A stretch of DNA of 32,000 bases, taken from Candidatus Hermodarchaeota archaeon. GTDB lineage: Archaea; Asgardarchaeota; Heimdallarchaeia; Hodarchaeales; Hodarchaeaceae. The number at the start of each line of letters is the position of its first letter. The first letter of the stretch is position 1. The DNA lies in assembly GCA_048886185.1 (NCBI GenBank), contig JBHLKY010000003.1, positions 150,595 through 182,594 on the forward strand. The letters are read 5' to 3'. The notes under the pieces are model-generated. The model had not been told where the DNA came from. It did not search any database and was given only the letters and a program-made list of their open reading frames with translations. Positions 22,257 to 30,465 of the stretch are shown here, one piece after another. The position numbers and the translations under genes were made by a program.

Positions 22257-22659
22257 GAATTAAATTCCTCAAAAAAACAAGGTTGGAAATTAGTCTCCTC
22301 TTGGTTTTATACTTTTAAAGAATTTTTATTTAAACATCTAGTCATTTAATCCTTAATAATTTCCTACTTTCTAATGAATAGTGAAATATAGCCTATCCCT
22401 TGCAGCTGAAAGGGATTTAATCGTGGGTAGATGGCAAAAGAGATTTTTAAGGTAAATTTAGATATTTGGAAACCAAATATCCCTATAGAAATTTCTTTTA
22501 AGATGTAAACTTAGTTCTAAACCATTCATGTTTTTCCTCTCCTTGATGGGGGTGATATACTCTACAGAAAATCTCAGAAATCATTCAAGGAGGTTTAGAT
22601 AGCAATGATCTATTACTATATAATAAAAATAGCCATAAGGTACCAATATGCAATAGCTC

Positions 22660-23772
22660 ATGGTTTATTGGTGGGAAAGTCATTTTTATTCAAGTCTCTC
22701 TTTCTGTGATTTGCTTAGATATGAGATTTCCAACTTATTCTTGGTGAATAAATTGAAATACGGCTGTTTAGAATGTGGTGGAAATCTTGTGCAAACTGAA
22801 TCTGATATTGTTTGTATGAATTGTGGTTTGGTAGCAACTAAAATTTTCGAAAAGCCGACGATACAGCTGATAAAAGCAGAGAGAAGTTTTGGAAACCAAT
22901 ATGCATCTATAAGTGAGAGACCTAGTGCCATGAAATCTTTAGGAACATACATAGGTTGTTATCGAAAGAAGTTTTTAGCCGACTCTAAAGGTGTTCAATT
23001 AAAAATTTCTGCTAAACAGCAATTTCGGCGATTAAAATCTCTGAACGACATTTATCTCCACTTTAATGGTCGCCAGCGAGAGTATCGCGCTTATAATTTC
23101 TTAACAACTATTTGTAGTATGCTTCAAATTACTGAGGCAGCAAAAGCTGATGCTTTATTCCTGTATCGAAGTGTAGAACCGCATTTACACGGGGAGCTAA
23201 AACTTTCCAGTTTAATTATGGGCTCTCTTTACTTAGCTATTAGATCCAGGAGAGAAAATATTGAATTAATACGTCTTGTTGGCACCGTTCATAGTCGTGG
23301 TTACACAATTCAGGGTAAAGACATAATAAAGGCTGCTTCATTAATTAGACAACATGCTCAGATTCGAGTAAGTCATGTAAAATCGGAGGAGTATCTGGAT
23401 ACTATTATTAGTCGTCTCCAGAGAGACGCTGCGATATTAAAACAAGTGCAAAAAAAGATAGTTGTCATAAAAAATGAATATTTTCATTATTTAAAGGTTA
23501 CAGCAAAAAAATTACTTATGAATTTCCCACGATCAAATCGAGGTGGACGTAATCCATTTATACTAGCAGCAGCGATAATCGTTGCTTCAGATATTCTGTT
23601 AGCACAGCAAAATTTGTTTTCCCACTGTTATAAACATAAATCTAAACGAGGAATCTTAACACAAAAGCACATTGCAAAAATCTTAAGTATAGCTGAATTC
23701 ACATTACGTGAACACTTTCTCTTGTTAGCAAAACCTTTAATGGAAGATGAAATGAAAAATAATCAAAAATAA
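22660..23772 (+). CDS. Divergent TFB/TFIIB-family protein
   Basis: Zn ribbon CLECGG...VCMNCGLV, two cyclin-like repeats, GRNPFILAAA, and TQKHIA...EFTLR HTH. The start may be the TTG at 22741. Confidence 0.85.
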   Translation: MVYWWESHFYSSLSFCDLLRYEISNLFLVNKLKYGCLECGGNLVQTESDIVCMNCGLVATKIFEKPTIQLIKAERSFGNQYASISERPSAMKSLGTYIGCYRKKFLADSKGVQLKISAKQQFRRLKSLNDIYLHFNGRQREYRAYNFLTTICSMLQITEAAKADALFLYRSVEPHLHGELKLSSLIMGSLYLAIRSRRENIELIRLVGTVHSRGYTIQGKDIIKAASLIRQHAQIRVSHVKSEEYLDTIISRLQRDAAILKQVQKKIVVIKNEYFHYLKVTAKKLLMNFPRSNRGGRNPFILAAAIIVASDILLAQQNLFSHCYKHKSKRGILTQKHIAKILSIAEFTLREHFLLLAKPLMEDEMKNNQK

Positions 23773-24210
23773 TTAATAAAGTAAGATTGCTTTTTTTGAA
23801 GAATTATTATAATAGAATATCTAGCTGAGGAGTTTGGAATATCCAAGATTAAAATTTCTCAAAATCTCTCTCAAAGTGGTAATTCAATAGACAATGAACC
23901 GATTATGAAATTAGATTCCTCATACAGGAAATACATCACTCATAGCTGATTCCAGAGTCATAATGGAAGGCACCTTACTATCGATGCCAATTAGACATAC
24001 AAGATCTTGATAACCGGACTTCTAAAGGCTTCTACAGCCGATAAGGTAACTGATGTCGGATTAAAGCCAGTATAATAGAAACTGGATGTGGTGACGAGTT
24101 ATTTGATACTCTTCTGTGAATAAAATTAAGAAATCTTTTATCAGAATTCATAACCTACCTCGAAAACATGATAAACTGTAGTCCACTTCGCTGACTCTTG
24201 GGATTAAACA

Positions 24211-24274
24211 AAAAAACCAAGTTTATACAGTAATATTTAATCCTATATTAACAAATCGAGTAATTTTCTGGTGA
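24211..24274 (+). promoter_or_regulatory. BRE/TATA promoter and SD of the first EF-1alpha gene
   Basis: A-rich BRE followed by TTTATA (24222-24227); GGTGA at 24270-24274, 6 nt before the ATG. Confidence 0.6.
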
Positions 24275-24280
24275 ATAATA

Positions 24281-25810
24281 ATGGCAGATCTCGAAAGAAT
24301 GAATTTAGTGGTTACAGGTCACGTCGATCATGGGAAGTCGACTGGTTTAGGCCACATGTTATTCCTACTCGGTCAGATTCACGATCCTAAAAAGAAAAGA
24401 CAACCTTGGCGTATAGCTGAGAGATATTTCAAAGATAGTAAAGCGCAAGGTATGGGAAGTTGGTCATATGCTTGGATCCTAGATCCTCTCATAGATGAGA
24501 GAGAACGGGGTTTAACAATCAACGTATCTTTTATGGAATTTAAGACCAAGAATTATATCTTTAACCTTATTGATGCCCCTGGGCACAGTGACTTTATTAA
24601 GAACATGATTACAGGAGCCTCACAAGCAGATGCGGCAATCCTAGTAGTTTCAGCGAGAAAAGGAGAATTTGAGGACGGGACTAAAGTAGCTGGAACGGCC
24701 TCTGGAAAATATGCAAACGTTATTGGAATGACCACAGAACATATGCTTCTTCTTACTTCTCTAGGTGTTACAAACATTGTTGTTGCAATAAATAAAATGG
24801 ATGTTGTAGATTATGATCAGAAGCGGTACGAACAAATCAAAGATGCAATTCACAAGATTTTCACCCAACTTATGACCGCGTTACAGATAGATAACAAAGA
24901 AAAGTACCTAGAAGCTATTAAATATGTCCCTACAAGTGGTTTAGTTGGAGTGAATGTTCTTTCAAAAGATGTAACATTTAAAAATCTTGAAGGACATATT
25001 TCTGCCGCAAAAGCTGGTAGTGGTGACTCTGAATTCATTGAATCATTGGAGAAGGAGAAAGAAGGTATTGAAGCAGGATTTGACGCGTTATCTTGGTATG
25101 ATGGTCCATCCTTAATTGAAGCTCTTGATATACTAGAATCTCCAGCAGTTCGTAAAGAACAATTTGCGAAACAATCAATTCGGATACCAATTCAACAGAC
25201 TCTGAATATAGCTGGCGTTGGTACAGTTCTTACTGGTCGTGTTTCAAGTGGAATTCTTAAACCAAATACTGAAGTTGTCATATCTCCTACAAAACAGAGT
25301 ATTGAACCCCTCCCAATCACAGTAAAGTCAATTGAGGAATTCCATAAGGAAATTCCCCAAGCCCTACCAGGTGATAATGTTGGATTCAACATAAAGACCA
25401 AGAATATTGGCGCAAAAGACATTATCCGAGGAGCAGTAGTCAGTGATCCAAAAGATCCTGCAAAAGCTTTAAGACCAAATATCGACGCATTCTTATCATT
25501 TGTGCTTGTTGTCCGCGGATTAGGTAAAAAATCCAAGAAAAAAGGAGAAGTGTGGGGGATCCATGAAAACTACTCACCTGTTGTTCATTGTGGTACAGCT
25601 CAAGTCGCCTGTCGTGTGACTCAAGTTCAAGAAAAGGATTTACTTGCTCAAGGGGAAAGGGGAATGGTTTGGATGACTCCACTAAATCCCCTCGTTATTG
25701 AACCTTTATCCAAATCCCCTGCACTTGGACGATTTGCATTACGGGATTCTGGTAAAACTGTTGCGGTGGGAGTAGTTCAGAAGATTGAATTGGGCAAATA
25801 TGCTACCTAG
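24281..25810 (+). CDS. tuf: EF-1alpha-family translational GTPase, 509 aa, with multiple insertions
   Basis: GHVDHGKS, ERERGLTI, DAPGH, GASQAD, NKMD, RIPIQ, GVGTV, PGDNVGFN, LGRFALRD. Confidence 0.85.
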   Translation: MADLERMNLVVTGHVDHGKSTGLGHMLFLLGQIHDPKKKRQPWRIAERYFKDSKAQGMGSWSYAWILDPLIDERERGLTINVSFMEFKTKNYIFNLIDAPGHSDFIKNMITGASQADAAILVVSARKGEFEDGTKVAGTASGKYANVIGMTTEHMLLLTSLGVTNIVVAINKMDVVDYDQKRYEQIKDAIHKIFTQLMTALQIDNKEKYLEAIKYVPTSGLVGVNVLSKDVTFKNLEGHISAAKAGSGDSEFIESLEKEKEGIEAGFDALSWYDGPSLIEALDILESPAVRKEQFAKQSIRIPIQQTLNIAGVGTVLTGRVSSGILKPNTEVVISPTKQSIEPLPITVKSIEEFHKEIPQALPGDNVGFNIKTKNIGAKDIIRGAVVSDPKDPAKALRPNIDAFLSFVLVVRGLGKKSKKKGEVWGIHENYSPVVHCGTAQVACRVTQVQEKDLLAQGERGMVWMTPLNPLVIEPLSKSPALGRFALRDSGKTVAVGVVQKIELGKYAT

Positions 25811-25815
25811 CTATC

Positions 25816-25863
25816 CCTTTCTCTTTTCTCTTTTTTTCTTTGAATCTCATTCTTTTTTATAAA
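25816..25863 (+). terminator. Pyrimidine/U-tract terminator overlapping a putative TATA for the second GTPase gene
   Basis: CCCTTTCTCTTTTCTCTTTTTTTCTTT directly after the stop; TTTATAAA at 25856-25863, about 30 nt before ATG 25893. Confidence 0.5.
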
Positions 25864-25892
25864 AATCAGCCTAGGATTGGCGGTTTAACTCT

Positions 25893-27224
25893 ATGGTTGA
25901 TGATAGACCAACTATATCTCTTGTTTGGATCGGACATGTGGATCATGGGAAATCAACAACATTAGGACACTTATTATTTCAAATCGGTGCTGTTGATCCC
26001 CGAATATTAGAAAAGTTAAAGGAGGAAGCTGTACAGCATCAAATGGAATCTTGGCAGTGGGCTTATATTCTTGATTCATTACCAGAGGAAAAACAACGTG
26101 GAATCACTGCAGATATTGCGTTTTATCCATTTGAAACAAAAAAGCGAAATTTCATGCTCATTGATGCCCCTGGACATCGTGATTTTGTGAAAAACATGAT
26201 TCGTGGTGCAGCATTAGCAGATGCATGTGTTTTAGTTGTAAGTGCTGTACCAAATGACCTTAAATCTGGTTTAAAGAGTGGTAGCTACGACAGTCCTGGA
26301 GGTCAAACTAGAGAACACGCAGTTCTGGCATCCGTTTTAGGGATTGAACAGATCGTTGTGGCAATCAACAAAATGGATTCAGTTAATTTTCAAGAAAGTC
26401 AATTTCGGATAGCAACAGATCATATTAAGACGCTATTTCAGGAAATTCAATCACCTTGGACTAAAAAATTGGATAAAATCCCATTTATCCCCATAAGCGG
26501 GTTTTTAGGAGATAATCTAGCTCATCCTTCAACAAATTTCAAATGGTACTCAGGCCCAACCTTAATTGAAGCTTTAGATGCATTAGAGGGTTCCGTGTCT
26601 AATGAAGAATTAACAATGAGATATGTTTCTTATGATTTGGATGAACGTCATGGTTTTGGTACATTGTTATTAGGTAAAGTCTTAGGGGCCCCATTGAAAA
26701 CAGGAGATCTTGTAAGAGCTCTTCCTTTGAATAATGTGTCTGAGGTTAAAGAGATATGGAAACAAGATACTAGAATATCACATATTAGCCCTGGTAATCA
26801 TGGATCAGTACTATTACGAGACTTAGATAAAGATATGTTGGAAGAAGGGATTGTTCTAGCCCCCGAGCAATTAGATTATCGTTTTGCCTCCCTAATTCGT
26901 GCTAGTCTGTTAATACTCGAAGGATCTTTTGTACCTGGTTCTTCTATGATTTTACATTGTGGAACTTCCTATACAACCACACAAATTTCAAATATATCAA
27001 AGATTTTGAGGATGAATCCAAAGTATAAAAAATTACCCCGGAATTTTGAAGGACATATAACTATTGCTTTTAAAGGGGAACTCATTGAAGTAGAATTAGT
27101 TTTAGATTCCCCTCTAGTCGTTGAAAAATTTAGTGACTTTCCGGAGCTAGGTAGAATAATATTACGCCATTCTGGGCAAACCATCGCTGTTGGTAAAATA
27201 AACGATATAGTAAGGGAGAATTAG
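25893..27224 (+). CDS. Second EF-1alpha-family GTPase with divergent domain II (Hbs1/eRF3-like pattern)
   Basis: Intact G-domain (GHVDHGKS, RGIT, DAPGHRDF, GGQTREH, NKMD). Domain II lacks RIPIQDVY, IExHH and GDNVGFN. Confidence 0.85.
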   Translation: MVDDRPTISLVWIGHVDHGKSTTLGHLLFQIGAVDPRILEKLKEEAVQHQMESWQWAYILDSLPEEKQRGITADIAFYPFETKKRNFMLIDAPGHRDFVKNMIRGAALADACVLVVSAVPNDLKSGLKSGSYDSPGGQTREHAVLASVLGIEQIVVAINKMDSVNFQESQFRIATDHIKTLFQEIQSPWTKKLDKIPFIPISGFLGDNLAHPSTNFKWYSGPTLIEALDALEGSVSNEELTMRYVSYDLDERHGFGTLLLGKVLGAPLKTGDLVRALPLNNVSEVKEIWKQDTRISHISPGNHGSVLLRDLDKDMLEEGIVLAPEQLDYRFASLIRASLLILEGSFVPGSSMILHCGTSYTTTQISNISKILRMNPKYKKLPRNFEGHITIAFKGELIEVELVLDSPLVVEKFSDFPELGRIILRHSGQTIAVGKINDIVREN

Positions 27225-27321
27225 AACCTCTACATTAATTATAACTAAGAATTCAATCTAGTTAATACCTGACTTAAATTAGTCATAAATAGATGTAAAT
27301 GTTTCATTACTTTGTAGATCC

Positions 27322-27903
27322 CTAGCGAGCGCTTAAGGCAACACGTTCAATATCCTGCTTTCTTTTTATTGCATTAGAGTTTGGATTATTAGTTGATGCT
27401 AAGATTAATTGTTCTGCAAGAATTTCTTCAAATGCTCTTACGCTATTAAAAGCTGATTTCCTCACTGCTTGAGCCAGTAAGCGTAAGGCAACATCTACCC
27501 GCCGTTGAGGCGCACTATCTACAGCTGTGTGATAAACAATTCCACCATATGAAATTCGGGTAGTCTCTTCCCTCGGAGCACAATTGATGATAGCATCCAC
27601 AAGAACCTGAATAGGATTACTCCCTGTTTTCAGCTCAACTATTTGTAAAGCAGATTTGACAACATTAAGAGCTAAAATTTTCTTTCCAGTGTTTTTCCCA
27701 GGACTCATTAATTTGTTTGCCAGACGTTCAATAATATGAACATAGGATTTATGAAATCGTTTATGTTCATGACGTCCAGCACTATGGGGAACAAGTCTTT
27801 CAGTTAAATTAATGTAACGGACGAGACTAATATCTTTGATTTCGATTTCCTTACAATTCCATAAACCAAATATCTTCATTTCTTCTGGAACAGCCATTTT
27901 CAT
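27322..27903 (-). CDS. rps7: 30S ribosomal protein uS7
   Basis: PHSAGRHEHKRF, APREETTRISYGG, PQRRVD, ERVALSAR. Confidence 0.98.
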   Translation of the reverse strand: MKMAVPEEMKIFGLWNCKEIEIKDISLVRYINLTERLVPHSAGRHEHKRFHKSYVHIIERLANKLMSPGKNTGKKILALNVVKSALQIVELKTGSNPIQVLVDAIINCAPREETTRISYGGIVYHTAVDSAPQRRVDVALRLLAQAVRKSAFNSVRAFEEILAEQLILASTNNPNSNAIKRKQDIERVALSAR

Positions 27904-27916
27904 CTTCCATCTATAC

Positions 27917-28228
27917 TTAAGTCCTTAATTCGATTTCTACGAAAATTGAACGCGAAACATTTAGTCTTATAATCTGTCGCATCGTTCTATCGTCTGCATC
28001 GATGTCTATCAAGCGTTTATGAATTCTTAATTCGTAATCTTCCCAAGTTGCAGTGCCTTGTCCGCTTGGTGACTTCCTTACAGGTAATTTTAACTTTTTT
28101 GTTGGTAAGGGAATAGGACCTCGCATTTTCACCCCAGATTTTTCTGCAATTCTTTTCATTTCATCGCAGATTCCATCTAGCTGTCCAACATCGGTACTCA
28201 TCAACCGAATTCGCGCTACGGACACCAA
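27917..28228 (-). CDS. rps10: 30S ribosomal protein uS10
   Basis: ARIRL, GPIPLPTKKL, RKSPSGQG, WEDYELRIHKRLID. The AGGTGA SD favours a TTG 28228 or GTG 28225 start over 28240. Confidence 0.97.
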   Translation of the reverse strand: MVSVARIRLMSTDVGQLDGICDEMKRIAEKSGVKMRGPIPLPTKKLKLPVRKSPSGQGTATWEDYELRIHKRLIDIDADDRTMRQIIRLNVSRSIFVEIELRT

Positions 28229-28456
28229 GATTAGATTCACCTATTTGCTTATGCAATTCTTTGTGTTAGATTACTCGAGTAGGTAGAATGATTTGGGGTT
28301 ATAAGGATTGTTGGTTTCTATCATACGCCTTCCTTTTTTACATTGAAATTATGCAAAACCTGACTGACATCAATAAGTGATTTAGTAGAAACGTTGTTTT
28401 TTAAGATAAATCAGGATTTAAAGGATAACAGAGATCCCTTGGATGCTGAAAAAGAA

Positions 28457-28647
28457 CGCCAGGGGAGGGATTCGAACCCTCGAGTACAAAAAGTACACTG
28501 GCTTTCTGACACAGGTTATAATTCCTTAATGACTCAAGGCCAGCGCCTTACTACAGGGAAATGGGAGACCATTAACCCATCCACTTGGCTTTCGAATTGT
28601 AATACTCCATGGAGATTTAAAAGTGAAAGTATCTACAAAACCCCGGC
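28457..28647 (-). tRNA. trnS: tRNA-Ser(UGA) with three introns: 8/9 (28591-28639, 49 nt), 18/19 (about 28551-28581, 30 nt), 37/38 (28504-28532, 29 nt)
   Basis: GCCGGGG/CCCTGGC acceptor with G73, GCC/GGC D stem, CTGGC-CT-TGA-G^A-GCCAG, long variable arm GTAC/GTAC, GAGGG-TTCGAAT-CCCTC. The spliced product is an 83-nt class II tRNA. Confidence 0.9.
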
Positions 28648-28672
28648 AAAACGGATAGTTAATGATTTATTA

Positions 28673-29122
28673 TCATGTTTTATAGTCGTACATCACAATT
28701 GTTCCACCAATAGCTACAATAGTCAGGATGATTCCCATGATTAATAATGTGATGGATGTCCTTGCATCATAAGCGAATCGTGTAGAATAACGGATTAAGT
28801 AAAGGCCTCCTGAACCTATACTGAAAAATAGGCCTGCTATTAAAGATTCTACTAAGAATTGTTCACTTGAAGATTGAAAAATTGGTACAAGTTGAGTGGC
28901 CGTCTGTCCCATCGGTAGTGGTTGTTCTGTAACATCGTAAAGTCCACCAGCTAGAATGAATACAGTTGCAACGAGTATGAGGGCCAAAATATATTTATGG
29001 GGTGCTTCATAGGGGAGTTCGATATCTGGAATCCTAAAATCGATTGTGGGCTTTTTAAGGCCTGGGATCCATGGAAGTCGTTGTGGATTTTCCTTAATTC
29101 TTTCAGGTTGCTTTTTTGACAT
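28673..29122 (-). CDS. OSTC/DC2-like (OST3/OST6 family) oligosaccharyltransferase subunit
   Basis: Three TM segments. ILAGGLYDVTEQP and SEQFLVESLIAGLFFSIGSGGL match the eukaryotic OSTC pattern GGxxYDxxxxP...QYxxExxxxxxxFxxGxxG as I recall it. Confidence 0.8.
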   Translation of the reverse strand: MSKKQPERIKENPQRLPWIPGLKKPTIDFRIPDIELPYEAPHKYILALILVATVFILAGGLYDVTEQPLPMGQTATQLVPIFQSSSEQFLVESLIAGLFFSIGSGGLYLIRYSTRFAYDARTSITLLIMGIILTIVAIGGTIVMYDYKT

Positions 29123-29233
29123 AAGAATAACCTTTGAAATCCGTTCGCTATAAGATTCTCTTTTTTTTGGTTGGTTTTGTTGATCTAGGTGTCCTGATGT
29201 TTAGTTTAAACCCCTTTTTGGCGCATATTACTT

Positions 29234-29296
29234 AGGATGAAGCTTTAGGGGGCGATACTGTTAATAGATGTACGGGATGAGGCGACATGAATCTGA
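29234..29296 (+). ncRNA. Candidate box C/D guide sRNA
   Basis: AGGATGA (C) - 11-12 nt - GCGA (D'?) - spacer - GGGATGA (C') - 12 nt - CTGA (D). TTTAAA at 29205-29210 lies about 25 nt upstream. This is a GC-richer patch in an AT-rich spacer. Confidence 0.5.
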
Positions 29297-29333
29297 CTTA
29301 ATTTATTTTCGAAATTAAATAATAACAAAATAA

Positions 29334-30434
29334 TTAGTTGGTTTTCTGAGATTTTGAGATTTTTGGATGTTTATTCTTATTTATAATCTTCTCAAAGTCA
29401 ATAAACCCCATTCCTTCTAGATCTGAAATCTTAATTATCGTCAGATGGGAATTTTCTATTGATGAATCAATGGAATCGACATTATCATCATCTAAGAACC
29501 ATACCGCTTTCTTTTGGAGGAATTTTGAAAGGCTTTCAATCAATAGCAATCTATCAGTATCCTCTTTTTCATTCGAGGATGTTACACCAGTAATCATCGG
29601 ATAAGTGGAATCTTTTCGACCTTTAAGAACGATTTTATCTTTATTCGGTTCAGAGAGACCATCAAAAGGCTCTGATCTAAACCAAAGAACATTAAATCCT
29701 TTATCTGTTAAATAATTCGTAATTTCTTTTTGTAATTGGGATCGTGGTTGCTCATAACCTTTTAATATGTTTTGGCCGATGTTTTTGAATTGATTCTCTA
29801 GAATATCTAAAGGAACATCAAGATTTTCCCCTAAAATGGTACTAAGAATTTTAAAGTACTGCATTTTTGGAAAACTTTCACCTTTTTCATATTTATAAAG
29901 TGATTGTCGTGAAATTCCAACTTTATTTGCTAGAATTGCCATGTCTAGTTGTAATTGGTCTCTTCGCGCTTTGAATTTCTCCTTAGAAAGATTAACATAA
30001 ACTCCTCCTCTATCTGCAAACTTTGAGATTTTAGCTTGATTTAATCCCTTTTCATATTGAAGAAACATTTGTAAAGTCTTTAATGAAATTGCAGAAACAT
30101 TATGTCTCCGATACAATGTTGCTTGCTTGATCGATTTTCCTGCAGCTGAATGAGCAATAAGTAAGGGAAATCCTGAGATTAATTTTGAGATCAGTTGTAA
30201 ATCGATGGATGTATGCTTCTTAAAAAAATCTAGGTCAATTAAAACTTTGGTAACGATTTTTTGTGGATTAGATTGTAAACCCATTAAATCATTCTTTTTA
30301 GCAATGAAATCAAAAGCATTTGATTTTACGTTTTCGTTCCAAAGAGAATATCCAGCTTTTTGAAATTCAGTCTTTGTTTCATCAACTAATTTTTCTTTTG
30401 AAACGATCTTTTGAATTGACATTAGCGATTCCAA
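29334..30434 (-). CDS. COG1395-type HTH (XRE) transcriptional regulator
   Basis: AFDFIAKK N-terminal domain, RGGVYVNL, HTH LANKVGISRQSLYKYEKG; TTG start. Confidence 0.85.
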   Translation of the reverse strand: MESLMSIQKIVSKEKLVDETKTEFQKAGYSLWNENVKSNAFDFIAKKNDLMGLQSNPQKIVTKVLIDLDFFKKHTSIDLQLISKLISGFPLLIAHSAAGKSIKQATLYRRHNVSAISLKTLQMFLQYEKGLNQAKISKFADRGGVYVNLSKEKFKARRDQLQLDMAILANKVGISRQSLYKYEKGESFPKMQYFKILSTILGENLDVPLDILENQFKNIGQNILKGYEQPRSQLQKEITNYLTDKGFNVLWFRSEPFDGLSEPNKDKIVLKGRKDSTYPMITGVTSSNEKEDTDRLLLIESLSKFLQKKAVWFLDDDNVDSIDSSIENSHLTIIKISDLEGMGFIDFEKIINKNKHPKISKSQKTN

Positions 30435-30465
30435 GAGGGAACTTAACGTGATTCAGCTATAAAAG

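Noticed and set aside
24281-27224. GTPases as SelB, CysN or aIF2-gamma
   Set aside because: The motifs (GKS, ERGxT, GASQAD/GAALAD, TREH-like, LGRxxLR) fit the EF-1alpha/eRF3/Hbs1 family. There is no SelB domain IV, no CysN GSVDDGKS and no aIF2-gamma Zn ribbon.
28394-28744. 116-aa plus-strand ORF in the track
   Set aside because: It is the antisense reading of the three-intron tRNA-Ser gene and the end of the OSTC-like gene; it has no protein features.
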